Of a stretch of 64,000 bases of DNA, positions 42,860-56,018 are shown piece after piece. The notes below the pieces were generated by a model that saw only the letters and a program-made list of their open reading frames with translations, searched no databases and had not been told where the DNA came from. Position 1 is the first letter of the stretch; every line of letters starts with the position of its first letter. The stretch lies in the NCBI RefSeq assembly GCF_009914755.1, contig NC_060947.1; one strand, 5' to 3'. Made by a program: the position numbers and the translations under genes. This DNA is from the human T2T-CHM13v2.0 reference genome, Homo sapiens.

Positions 42860-43720
42860 CACTCATTAAGTTGGCAGATTATTTTGAGCCAATTTTGTTC
42901 TAAGCCCTGCGATAGATTATGGGTGAATAAGATAGTCATGATCTCTGTCTTTATGTAATTTATAGCCCAGGAAGGGAGATTGATATTTAATGGTTATTAT
43001 ATACGATAGATATTTAGTGGTTGCACACACACAGATGATTACAATTTATGGTATGTCCTATGAAGAGAAAGAAAAAGGAATTATGGGAGATAAACATTCT
43101 AGATGTAAGTTAAGTGGATGGGAGTGGTCAAGAAAACTACCTGTGAGGTAGTGATTTCAAGCTAAGACCTGAAATCTGAGTAGGAGTAACTAAGGTGATT
43201 GAAATGGTTTGGCCCTGTTTCCCTGCCTAAATCTCATCTTGAATTGTATTCTCATAATTCCTACATGTTGTGGGAGGGACCCAGTAGGAGATAATTGAAT
43301 TGTGGGGGTGGTACCCCCATACTGTTCTCATGGTAATGAATAAGTCTCAGGAGATCTGATGGTTTGATCAGGGGTTTCTGCTTTTTCGTCTTCCTCGTTC
43401 TCCCTTTGCCTGCTGCCATCCATGTAGGATGGGACTTGCTCCTCCTTGCCTTCTTCCATGATTGTGAGGCTTCCCCAGCCACGTGGAACTGTAAGTCCAA
43501 TTAAACCTTATCTTTTGTAAATTGTCCAGTCTTGAGTATGTCTTTATCAGCAGCCAGAAAACGGATTAATATGGTGATGAATGTTCCAGTCAAAAGATTC
43601 TGCATGTGGACAAGTCCAAAATTGGGAAAGAGTTGGTCTCTTTTGAGTAATTAAAGTCACCATGTAAAAATATACAACTGAAGAGGTAGGCAAGGGTGAG
43701 ATCACACAGATAGTGTTAAT
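42860..43720 (-). mobile_element. L2 remnant interrupted by THE1
   Basis: 'gaataagatagtcatgatctctgtc', 'gctaagacctgaa', 'atgttccagtcaaaga'. Confidence 0.55.
43200..43573 (+). mobile_element. THE1 (MaLR) solo LTR with 5-bp TSD gtgat
   Basis: 'aaatctcatcttgaattgta...gtaagtccaattaaacc...gtctttatcagcagc'; TSD at 43195-43199 and 43574-43578. Confidence 0.95.
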
Positions 43721-45262
43721 AACTTTAAAAATATGTTATCTTGTGCTCACATGGGAGTTAGTCATAGGTACATTTGGGAACTAATTTCTTCATCTTTCCC
43801 TAACTGGAATTTTCAGACATTCAAGAGCAAAATATAAGTATTTCAGAAGACCAAGTTTAAGAACATCTAGATTTTGAGAGTGCTCACTCTCAGGAGCATA
43901 TGTACACATTTGCTAAGTGGTAAGACAGGTAACACGGAAAAATTCACATTGTGTAGTTGGCTGTCCACTAATCCAACAGTGTGCAACTGACACTAGCCGG
44001 ACAAGGTTATAGGTCTTTGGCTAGAAGATAGTTGTTTTTTTTTTCTGGATCAGCATGTTATCTACTGCTGTGCTCTATGCATTTTCCTCATTCAATTAGA
44101 AATTATATCTAGAATTATATCTAGAAAATCCTATTCAATCAATATTTTAAAACTACTAATCATTTATTCACTAAAACTAATAATGTATTAATAACTAATA
44201 GTCATTACCTTGTTAATTTTTCCCAAAACATTATTCAATAAGTTAGAAATACTTGTGAACTGAGACTACACTCAAGAACATCTAGACATTTTCATGTATC
44301 TTTCACAGCTATAATCTATATATATGATATAACATGTGTAGAAAGAATAAATGAAAAGCATATTTTATTTTGGTGAAAGTTTGAAAAATCAATACCTAAC
44401 TGAAAGCTAGAAAAATGCACAGTTCCCAATATATCCTGCGACTCAGAATCTTAAGAAGGTTCCATTTTTAACCACGTGCAGGTTCAAAATGTAAGTAGCA
44501 ACATTAAACTTATGCTTTTCATTTCACGAACCATGTATAAAACAGGTAGCTAAATTGAAAATAGTTAATTTTAGGTTTTATTGTATCATCTAACATCCAT
44601 GCATGGGGAAAATAAGGCTTTGGAGTATTATCTTTCTTTCTATTCTCTTGTTTATTGGATTACATATTTTTCAGTAAGCATATTTGAAATAGAACTACAG
44701 GAGAAATTGAAAGAAACAAAAACAGTGCATCCAAGTTGGCGACTAGAACATCAATGGATGGCTTTTAAACTTCTAAGAAACCATCTGGAGCAATAACAGT
44801 ATTGATCAGTATTCATCATAGTACCCAAGAAAGGCTAAAGGTGTCCAGGTTGTGATATAGATGGACATCAGACCTAACCCTTGATCTAATATTTCTGAGA
44901 CATGTACCCATCATCTTGTGAACATGTGGCTGGATGAATCCATCTTTGTTAGTTGGCTTTGGTTTTTCATAACTTAGAAAGCGAAAGACAAGCCTAAGTA
45001 ATATGCACACCGTGATGCTAGACAATGGAGCACATCCTTGTGAGGGAGTTGCATTGCCTGAAGTAAGGTGGCCATGACCACATGTGAGGCGAATTTAGTG
45101 CTACATAATTTAGGAGTCCTTCTTAAAACATCTCAAAGTTTTTCTACCAGAGCTTTAAAAAGTTTCCTAACAGGGGAAAATTTGCCATATTTGCAAAAAA
45201 GGATGGCCCTTTTCTATACTTTAATTCTGGATCCACTGAATGCTACCAACTGAGAGAGTCGG

Positions 45263-45656
45263 CTTTTTAAAATATTTAATGATTACTTTTAACTGACACA
45301 CAATTATACATATTTATTGGGTACAGTGTGATATTTCAATACATGTGTACAATGTGCCATAATCAAATAAAGGTATATATCCAAAAAAAACTATATCAAT
45401 ATGTTGAAAAAGATTCTCATGTTCATTGCAGCATTATTCACGATAGCCAACATGTGGAATCAACCTAAGTGTTCATCAATAGGTGAATAGATAAAGAAAA
45501 TGAGGTACTGACACATAATGTTATACTATTCAGCCATAAAAAGAAGGAAGTCCTGTTATTCACAGCAACATGGATGAGCCTGGAGGACGTTATGTTAAGT
45601 GAAATAAATCAGACACAGAAAGATAAATACTGCATGTTCTCACACATATGTGGAAG
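45263..45656. mobile_element. L1MA fragment pair in opposite orientations (3' end on minus 45263-45377; ORF2 end on plus 45378-45656)
   Basis: Both parts are recognisable as L1MA 3' sequence and abut directly. Confidence 0.7.
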
Positions 45657-45789
45657 GGAGCAGTTTTAAAGCAAAAATTGTACCACAATTTGGCTTTCAT
45701 TACAGGGAGAGAGAAAACAAGTAATTGCAAATGCAAACACCCTGACAAAGAAGAGAACTTCAGTGGATCTGTCCAGCATCCCTGAACGT

Positions 45790-45968
45790 TTCGGATGAGA
45801 AGTTCTTTGGAGAATTTCATGAGAGCCATGGACTCACTTGCCAGAAAAATTCATGCTGTAGAGGCAGCCATTAGTATATTCAGTAAAATCTGCATGTAAT
45901 TTCAGGGGATCATCGACCCTTTTATGTGCTTAAATAAGCCCTTGTCTCCCAAGTTAAGAACTCTTGGA
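45790..45968. mobile_element. hAT-Charlie-type MITE remnant
   Basis: 'gagaatttcatgagagccatggac...ccagaaaaat...aatttcagggg...agttaagaactcttg'. Confidence 0.45.
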
Positions 45969-46249
45969 CTAAATAATTATCACATTAGAATGTAATTGTG
46001 AAAAAAAAAAACAGGCTTTCAGAACTTGGCATTGATAAGGAAACTGGGCTCCAGAAATAGATCTGCTTATCTGTAAGTAGTGGCCCAAATCCACTGATTT
46101 TTGCCTACAGGTGCAAATTGATTAGCTAATCAAAGCTGCTTTTTTACTGTAGATTACCTTTAGAATTCTTTCCCAGCTTCCAGGATAACTGGGTCCCTTC
46201 AGTTCTCCACAAACCTCTATATTTTCCACATTTTCGCATCAGGTTTCTG

Positions 46250-46795
46250 TAGCACCCTGTCATGTTTGGAATATAAACCAAACTCCTTTCATGTCCTAGT
46301 AGTGTCTGCTTCTTCTAGTTCTTGTCCGTTTCCTGTATCCCCTGCTGTAACTCCCTCCTTCCTGCATGAAGCTTTAGTTATGGAAACGTTGCACAGCTTC
46401 TTGAACATGTCAGGCTTGTTCCTGCCTAAGAACTTGGATCCTTGCTGATCTTAATGCCTGGAATGTTCTTTCCTATACTCCAGATGACTCCACCCCACTT
46501 TACTCAAGTCTCTCCTCCAATGTTAACTACTCACAGAGCCTTTCCTTGACACCTGAAACACGCACCACCCTCACTCCATGAATATTTTCCTCACCTTGGT
46601 TTTTCTTTATAATACTTAAAACTCTCTGGTAACTGTCTGGCTCATTTGCTAATTGTATTGCACTCCGGTATAATATGCAGTTCAAAAGAGTGAGAAATAT
46701 TAACTGCTGTATTTTGAGCACCTCGAACAGAGTCTATCACATCATAGGTTCTTAATGCCTATATCTTGAAAAAATAAGTGTATGATGAATGAATA
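46250..46795 (+). mobile_element. L2 3' end
   Basis: 'gcctggaatgttctttcc...gcctttccttgac...tgaatgaat' tail. Confidence 0.7.
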
Positions 46796-47699
46796 CATGC
46801 ATAGTAACTACTGTGATGGCCAGCATTAATTTACATAAATTAATTTGAGGGAGGATACTAATTTCCCATTTAAGGTGATAGTTATACTTTATATAATTTT
46901 TAACTTTATATACTTATAACTTATGCATATAAGTTAGTCTGGATATTTCATTGAATTATTACTCAATAGAGAATAAAGAACAATATCATTAAAGTTTGTT
47001 GTTACCAGAAAATGTCAGGATGCATGCAGCTTTTTTTGGTAAGATTAAATAATCCACATTTACAACTCAGATGGATTATCTGATGCTTCTTCAGCAAAGG
47101 AAGGGTCAAGTTTGTCTTGGGCTGAAAAATATTCGTTTAAGTAATTCCAGGTATCGGTTGTTTGCTCAAATCCACATGGAATTTAATGATTTAAGGTCAT
47201 GGGGAAGCGCATTTTGTTACACTTCTAATTTAAGTGAGGGAATTATCTTATATGGGTGCCTTTCTCATATAATCAACAATCTCTAAAACCTCGTTTCTTA
47301 CAAGTAATCGATTTTGTTTTATTTTTATGACTTTATTTTATTTACATACATAATTTTACATAAATGCATTATCTGTGCTCATATTCACATATTCATTTTT
47401 TAAAATTCTTCTTTATGTTGTTTGATTTCCAATTCTCCCAACTTAGCATCTGCCTGGTAACCCAAATATGTGTGTATGTATTTGTGAGATACATACACAC
47501 ACACCATGGAAGCCCTTGTTAAAAACCGAATACATATTACTGCATATTTATTTCTGCTCCCCACACATATATAAAACTATATATATAGTGTGTGTATGTT
47601 TGTGTGTGTGTATGTATATATATAACAACACACAACATACATACATTCATTCATAAATAATGAGTGTGGCTGGGTTTTTTGGGGGGTTTATTTTTAAAA

Positions 47700-48365
47700 A
47701 ATGAAATATTATCCTACACATTTTCCTGCATTTGTAGTTTCTCAGATTAGCCTAGCTTGTGGAAATTCTTCCAGTCACCTTGTGTAACTCTAATTCATTA
47801 TTTTAATAGCTATATAATATTCCATAGTATGGTATATTACAAGTCATATGACTACCCCCAAATGAATGACCATTCGCTTTGTTTCTGTCTTTTTTTTTTT
47901 CAAATTAACTTCCAAGACATCCTCGGGAACCCTAGAGCATTTTGTACCTATGAGACAGATTCCTCTGAATTAGTTTGCTAATAAGTGAGGGTTGTATCTT
48001 TCTATATTAATAAGTGTTATCAGATAGCTTTCCAAAAAGATTTTAGTGAATTGTGTATCTATTCTATTTGAAAGTTTCCTTTTGATTTGTATTTCCACCA
48101 AGCGCTGTCATTACTGATTATTTAATTGTTTGATGAGTGTAAAGTGATATCCATATTGCTTTAACTTGCATATCCCTGACTACTAATGAGTCTGAACATG
48201 CTTGCAGACTGTTTAGATTTACTTTTTTGTGAATACCCTATACATATCTGCTCACTACATTTTTATCTATTGAATTGGTTTTTATTAGCATCAGTAGGAG
48301 ACCTTGGACATTACAGATATTAATCTTTTGTCCGTTATCTGTATTTTAAAAATATATATTCCAAA
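47700..48365 (-). mobile_element. L1ME-type 3' region
   Basis: 'aatagctatataatattccatagtatgg', 'ttgcatatccctgactactaatgag'. Confidence 0.6.
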
Positions 48366-48369
48366 ACAC

Positions 48370-49100
48370 TTCTGATGCTACCAAAATGGCATAGCACCAT
48401 TTATCTCATATCCTCCACCTTACAACTTAAAAACCCTGCACGTAACATTTCAAACAAACATCAAGTGACTCTAAAAGGTGGAATAAAGAAGGTAAACTAC
48501 AGAGGGATTTAGGACTTAAGGAACAACATGACAGTGAGTTTTGGGGGTTTTCTTATTGTCTCCCCTATATCCCAGATAGGGCACTGCAGACATTTCCAAC
48601 CCAGAGCTGTCAACAAAAAAGACAAAATTATCTTCCAAGGAAAACCTATTTCCCAAAGCCAAAAGAGAAGGAACGGCTTGGCCTAATGACAGAAAAGCTT
48701 TTTGCAATACGTGTCCTATTCTAGCCAAACATGAAAAGACAAAGCTCAATAACCTCTTCTGCCCTTCCCTCCTACCACTTAGTTTTATCAGGGAGGACTG
48801 GGAATATGATCTCACATCCCCTCTATTGCTGAAACTGCTGGTATTCAGATTCCCTTGTCAGGGTAATGCTGTCAAGGCTTAGCAGGGAGTTAGCCTTCCA
48901 TCTCTACCTGGCAAAAGCAGGCAACAGTTTTCCTAAAGGATGGTGTAGATGAGCCTAGCAGAGAGCTGATCTTCCATCCCCCAGTTGGCAGAGGTAGGAT
49001 GTGCTCTGATTCCCCTACCAGGGTAGTGTGAGCAGGATCCAAAGGCAAGCCAATCCAGTTCCATCACAGTGATGACACTAATCTAGACAGTTCAAAACAA
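48370..49100 (+). mobile_element. Old L1 5'UTR fragment (L1M4-like)
   Basis: Starts 'cttctg...caaaatggc'; 'gactctaaaaggtggaataaagaagg...ggaacaacatgacagtgagtt'. Confidence 0.5.
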
Positions 49101-49189
49101 GTAGAGTTGGCACTTTGCTCCCTCTTGATTCGAATAAATGGAAAGACAGCTTATGTTTATAAACATAAAATGATACAGTTTATGTGGAA

Positions 49190-49830
49190 TAAAGTTTAAT
49201 GGTTTCACAAAAAATTAAACATAAAATTGCCATGTGATCCAGTAATTCTACTTCTGAGTATATATCTAAAAGAAGTGAAAATGGCAACTCTAACAGATAT
49301 GTGTACACCCACATATATAGCAACATTATTTCCCAAAGCAAAAATGTGGAAACAACCCAAATGTCTGCTGAAAGATGAGTGAATAAACAAGATGTGGTAC
49401 AGACAACCCGTAGAATATTGTTCCTCCTTAAATATGAAGGAAATTCTGACACACTACAACATGAATGAACCTGGAAGACATTATGCTAAATTAAATAAAC
49501 CAATCATAAAAGGACAAATACTTTATAATCCTACTTATGTGAGGTATCTAGCATAGACAAATTAAGGCAGACAGAAAGTAGAATGGCAAATGACAAGTTG
49601 TAGGAGTGGTGGTGGGGAATGTGGAGTTGTTTAATGGATAAAGAGTGTCAGTTTGGAATGCAAAGTGGTTCTGGAAGTGGATGGTGGTGATGGTTGCATA
49701 ACAATGTGAATGTACTTAGTGCCATGGAACTGTATACTTAGAAATCATAGCATTCGCAGCAACCTGGATTGGGTTGGAGACCATTTGTAATAGTAAAATT
49801 GTTATTATATATATTTCACCATAATTAAAA
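49190..49830 (+). mobile_element. L1MB-type 3' end
   Basis: 'aacatgaatgaacctggaagacattatgctaa...gatggtggtgatggttgcataacaatgtgaatgtactta'. Confidence 0.85.
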
Positions 49831-50032
49831 TGTCTTTATTTGTAAAAGTACAAAGATAATTTTGAAACTTTATATTTAAAGAAGGAATGTATGGATGTGA
49901 TCTGGCCAGATGGATTTAATGCCTTGGATAGATATGATGAGCAAAGATGTCTATTGATTTTGGTATGTCTAAGGCCATCCGAGGACGCTAGATACACTGA
50001 ATTGAAAGGGTATTAAAATTATGTCATTAAAA

Positions 50033-51910
50033 TGGAGGTAAAAGATCTTTACAAGAAAAAAGATCTCTACAAAACATGTCAAAAATAATTGCAAAGGACA
50101 CAAAGAAATGGAAAGACATCCCATGCTCATGCACCAGAAGAATTAATATAATTAAAATAACCATACCTGCCAAAGAAATCTACAGATTCAGTGCAATTTC
50201 CATCAAAATATCAATGCCGTTTTTCACAGAATTAGAAAAAAAATATGAAAATTTGTATGGAGCCAAAAAAGAGCCACAATAACCAAAGTAATCCTCAGCA
50301 AAAAGAGAAAAGCTGGAGGCGTAACACTACCTGACTTCAAAATATTGTATAAGCTATAGTAACCAAAACAGCATGGCATTGATATAAAAAGTAGACACAA
50401 TGGAATGAAATGAAAAACCCAAAAACAAATCCATATATTTACAACCATCTGATCTTCAACAAAGCCATCAAGAACATACACTGGGGAAAGGGCAGCCTCT
50501 TCAGTAATGGTGCTGGAATATGTGGATAACCAGATGCAGAAGAATGAAACTGGACTCCTACTTTTTACCATATACAAAAATCAACTTGAGATAAGACAAC
50601 TGAAGATTTTACTTAAAGGTAAAACCTGAAAGTATAAAACTACTGGAAGAGAATAAGGAAAGCTCTTCAGAACATTGGTCCAGGCAAAGATTGTATGGCT
50701 AAGATTTCAAAAGCAAATGCAACAAACACAAAAATAGGCAAATGGGACTATATTACACTAAAAAGTTTCTGCTCAGCAAAGGAACCAATAAACAAAGTGA
50801 AGAGACAATTCCCTTCCTTGAAAGGAAGAAAATATTTGCAAATGATTTATCCAACCAGGGACTACTACTGAGCATATATCAGGAAGTCAGACAACTCAAC
50901 AATTTTTTAAAATCCCATTAAAAAGTAGACAAATGACACGAATACACATTTATCCAAAAAAGACATACTAATGGCCAACAAGTATGGGAAAAATGCTTAA
51001 TATCTCTAAGCATCAGGTAAATACAGATCAAAACCCCAATGAGATATTATCTTACCATAGGTAGAATGCCTATTATGAAAAGACAAAAAAAAATCAGATG
51101 CTGGTGAGGATGTGGGAAAAAGGAAACTCTTATACACTGTTGTGAGAATGTAAATCAGTACAAATGCAATGGAAAACAGTATTGCTATTTCTCAGAAAAC
51201 TGAAAAAAAGAACTATCATATGATCCAGCAAATCCACTACTGGCTATTTATCCAAAGGGAAAGGAATCAATATATCAAAGGAATACCTGCATATTCATGT
51301 TTACTGAAGCACCATTCACAACAGCAAAGATACAGATTCTACCCAGATGTCCACCAAGGGAGAATGGATAAGGAAAATGTGGTATATATCCACAATGGAA
51401 TATTATTCTGCCATGAAAAGAAAGAAGTTTTATTTGCAGCAACATGGATGGAACTCCAGGTCTTTATGTTAAATGATGTAAACCAGGCACAGAAAGACAA
51501 ATATCACATGTTCTTACTCATATGTGTGAGATAAAGTGTTGATCACATGGAGATAAAAAGTGGAATGACGGACACCAGAGACTGGGGAGTGTGAGTGAAT
51601 GGTTTCAGCAGGGGTTGGGGTGGTGAAGAGAGGTTGGTTAGTGGGTACAAACATACAGTTAGGTAGAATTAATAGTTTCTAATGTTGACTGCAGAGCAGG
51701 GTGATTGTAGTAACAGCAATGTATTGTAATTTTCAAAATAGCTAGAAGAGAGAGCATGAAATGCACCAGCACATAGAAATGATAAAAACTTGGGTCACAG
51801 ATATCCCAAATACCCAGACTTGTTTATTACACATTCTATACATGTAACCAGATTTCACATGTACCCCATAAATAAGTACATATATTTTTATAGCAAAAAA
51901 ACTTAAAAAT
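50033..51910 (+). mobile_element. L1MA-type 5'-truncated element (~1.9 kb)
   Basis: ORF2 C-terminal similarity (KWKDIPCS, IYRFSAI) and an L1MA-type 3'UTR. Confidence 0.88.
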
Positions 51911-51939
51911 GATTCTTAAAAATCTTGAAATTGCAGAAT

Positions 51940-52830
51940 CTGAGAAATGGATATACGGAGTTTCACTACTACCTTATCTATTTTGTTTATTTTAAAAAAT
52001 TATTTATAAAGGTTTTTAAAGTGTGAAAAAATCCTACAGAGTATATCATACCAAATCTATGATATTCTAGAACAAGCAAAACTATAGAGACAATGCAAGG
52101 ATAAGTTGTTGTTGGAGGTTCGTTGGAAGGAGGAAGAGGGATGACTAGATGGGACACAGGGGCATTTTAGGACGGTGAAACGATTCTATGTGATACTGTA
52201 AGAGTGGATACATGACATTATATATTTGTCAATATCTACAGAATGTAAAACAAAGAATGAACCCTAGCTAAATTGTAAATTTTAGTTAATAATAATATAT
52301 TAACATACATTCATCAATTGCAGTACGTGTACCACATTACAAGATGTAAACAATATGGAAAACTGTGGGGAGGTTAGTGGATATGTGAGAACTCTGTATT
52401 TTCTTATCAATTTGTTTTGGTAAAACATAATAATATTCTAGAACATAAAGCCTATTCATTTTAAAATATGCAAGGTATTTGAAAATACACTTCAATAAAA
52501 AAGATATACAGATCACAAAATTATATGAAAAGATGCTCAGCATAATTTATCCTTGGGGAAGTGCAAATTAAACCACAATAAGATTCTACTACATACTAAT
52601 TAGAGTGGCTAAAAATCCTAAAATATCAGATATAAGAGATAATGTGAAACAAAAGGAACTACTCTCATTTATTGCTGGTTGGAAAAAATATATAGCACTC
52701 GTTCGATGAAAGCATTGTATTATCTGATTTATAGACATTCCAAAAAAGGTAAAAAGATACGAAAAACAGATCACCATTACTAGGGACTTGGAGGAGGCTG
52801 TTAGTTGACTACAAAGGTGAGGCATAGGGG
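51940..52830 (+). mobile_element. L1MC-type 3' fragments
   Basis: 'ggatacatgacattatatatttgtcaa', 'atatgtgagaactctgta'. Confidence 0.65.
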
Positions 52831-52956
52831 ATTCAACCCAAATTGCTGTGCATGTCAATAGTTGATTCCTCCTTGTTGGTCTATAGAATTCCATTGTGTG
52901 GATGCACCTCAATTTGTTAATCCATTCACTTACAGAAAGACATTTCATATTTTTCA

Positions 52957-53160
<204 letters not shown>

Positions 53161-53262
53161 GATAATAAAAATGAATGTACAGGTTTTTGTGAGAACATAA
53201 GGTTTGCAAATTTATTTCACACAGTAATGGTATTTCTGAGTCATATGGTAAGTGTATGTTTA

Positions 53263-53603
53263 TAATGAGATCATGTTCTTTGCAGGAACATCGATGGGGC
53301 TGTAGGCGATTATCCTTAGGAAACTAACGCAGGAACAGAAAACAAAATACTGCATGTTCTCACTTATAAGTAGGAGCTAAATTATGAGAACACATAGATG
53401 CACAGAGAAGAACAACACACAGAGAAGCCTGTTGGAGGTTGGAGGATGGCAGGAGGGAGAGGATCAGGAAAAATAACTAATGGGTACTAGGTTTAATACC
53501 TGGATGATGAAATAATCTGTACAACAAACCCCCACAACACAAGTTTACCCATGTAACAAACCTGCACATGTGCTCCTGAACTTAAAATAAATTTAAAAAA
53601 AAG
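53263..53603 (+). mobile_element. L1PA13-like 3' end
   Basis: 'gagaggatcaggaaaaataactaatgggtactagg...aacaaacctgcacatg'. Confidence 0.85.
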
Positions 53604-53619
53604 AAGTCTGGGGGAAATA

Positions 53620-54165
53620 AAAGAAATTTCCAGATAGTGACTGCACAATTTTACATTCACACAGGAAACACAATAGTGTTCAAGATGCTCTTCATCCTTG
53701 CTAGCAGTTAGTAATGTCAGTGGATTTTTCAGCAGTCCTCAAAAATATGATGCATCTACCTTGATTTTAATTTGTTTTTCTGTAAAATCTAATGATGTAG
53801 GATAATTTTTCAGGTGCTTATTTAACATTTGTATGTCAATTTTAGAAAAGTGTCTATTGGTGTATTTTGCCCATTTTGAAAATGTTTTCTAATTTTTGGA
53901 TTTTGAAAGCCCTTTCTGTATTCTGGATACAGGTGCTTTTTGGATATGTAATTTATAAATTTTTTTTCAACCTGTTGTTTGACTTTTTCTGCTCTCAACA
54001 GTGTCTTTCTCAAAACTAATTTTTAAAATTATTGAGGATGTCTGATATATTGTTTCTTTTTGAATTTTGGTTTTATTTTTGAGGCATCTTTTCCTAATTC
54101 CAAGTCATAAGATTTACCTTATATTTTCTTATAAAATTTTATACTTTTTAATTTGACATTTTTTT
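53620..54165 (-). mobile_element. L1ME-type ORF2-end fragment
   Basis: 'ttttaatttgtttttctgtaaaatctaatgatg', 'gtattctggatac'. Confidence 0.7.
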
Positions 54166-54179
54166 TCTCTAATTGCTTT

Positions 54180-54947
54180 CACTCATCAAGGGAAAGACAC
54201 TAAAGAAGAATAGAGTAGATCTTCCATCACAGGTAGAGGTTGCCCCAGCCTAGTCCTGCCCCTGATATTTGACCTGAGTAGCCCCGGAAAAAGGCCACAG
54301 ATAAGGACTATTCTGCCTTTCATCTTGGGCATCTGAGGGAGGTGAGGCTTTTTCTGAGGGGTGGAACTTCAGATCAGCGAATGGATAGTCTTGTCCTCTG
54401 CCCCACATACTTCAAGGTAAGGACTCTAAGGAAAGACTGAGGGGACCTCCTGCCACAGATATAGGGAGTTTTAGCCCTGCCCTCCCTGTGCTGTTAGCCC
54501 TGGGTGGCCCAAGGCAGGTTTCCCCAGTTTTGATGTCCGTAGACTTCATTTTTGGGGCCTGAGGGAGGTGAGGCTTCCTCACCTTAGACTCAAGTCAGCA
54601 GAGAGAGAAGTTCCAGCTCCAGCATGCATTAAGGTGAGAATGCAGAGAAAGGACAAAGATAGCCTTCCTCTATAGATGGACTGAGCTTCAAAGAACCTTC
54701 CTCTTCGTGTGAATCCTGAGAGGTCCCATGCATGGGTATCAGGTAGCAACAACTCTCCCTATCCCCTGACATCCTTTTAGAGGATTTCATGGAGGTGATA
54801 TCCTTGGTGTGAGGAAGCCAGCCTCAAGTCAGCAGAAGGGCCGGGGTGAAGACCCTGATCAAGAGTAAATATGATTACCTTGAGAAATTGAGAAGTACAC
54901 AGGGACCTCACAGAATCCAGTCCGTTTCCACTCTTAGCCCTGGGAAG
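54180..54947 (+). other. ~3.5 degenerate ~227-bp units resembling type-I MAGE 5' promoter/non-coding exon repeats
   Basis: Anchor (c)tgagggaggtgagg at 54333 and 54559 with a degenerate copy at ~54787; ctcaagtcagcaga at 54589 and 54823; 'tcaaggtaaggactct...gactgaggggacctcc...ttagccctggg'. MAGE resemblance is from memory. Confidence 0.65.
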
Positions 54948-56018
54948 AAAAGATTTTTAAAATTGAGGAAGTCTAATATATCATTTTCTTAAATGAATCA
55001 TGATTTAGTTTCAGGTATTACATCTCTTCGCCTAAGTCCAGTTCAAAAGATTTCCTCCTATGTTTTCTCATAAGTTTTATAGCTTCTAATTTAATTATAA
55101 TCCATGGAGCTGTAATCCATGTTAAAAAAATTTTTATATTAAGTATGCAATTCAGGTAAATTTTATTTTATATTTTTGCATGTGGATGTCCAGTTGAACT
55201 CATAGCACTGATTAAAATACCACTTTACACACATTTAATTGTCAAAAAGTAGAAAAACAAACAATATCAAGTGCTGATGACAATGTGAAAAAACAAAAAC
55301 ACTCTTGTAGTGCTAATAGAAATGCAAGCTAGTGCAACCTTTTTGGAAAGCAATCAAGCCTACAGCGCTTGTACTCTACAACTTTGTAATTTCCTTCCTG
55401 GATATAGGCCCACAGAAACTCATATAAATGCACAACGAAACATGTAAATGAATATTAATTGAGCATAATTTCAAAGAGTAAAAAGTAACCACTAGGGGAT
55501 TTCATAAGTAAAATGAAGTAACACATAAAAAAGGAATTTATCCAGGTATCTGATAAATAAACCAAATCTATATGCTGCAATGAAAATGAAGCTCAAATAA
55601 GGCTTACCTTCAAAATAAGAAATGAAGCAAGATTTCTGACCAAATACTACTTCTGTACATTTAACACACACACACAATAATATTACATACTTTCACGTAT
55701 GCGTAAATTAATATATGAATAGTGAAATAGACATTCACAAAACAAGCAAGAATGGGTGCCTTTGAGTGAAGGACAATAGCCAAGGGAGGTTAGATGAAGA
55801 AGAGAGAAAGTGATGAAATAAAATATAAACAAAAGAAAGGTTTTCAGAAAAAAAAAAACCACCACTAATTTTCTCAATTCAGTTGTCTTGAGACATTTGT
55901 AAACACTGAATGAACCTCACTGGGGCCTTCCTTTGGATTATCTCTTCTGTTCCATTAAAAAAAAATCTATCCTTTAACCAATGCCATACTTTCTTTGTTA
56001 TTACTGTAGCCTTACAGT

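Noticed and set aside
44581-45068. Unique-looking segment with ~70-aa ORFs on both strands
   Set aside because: No recognisable protein similarity or consistent splice structure
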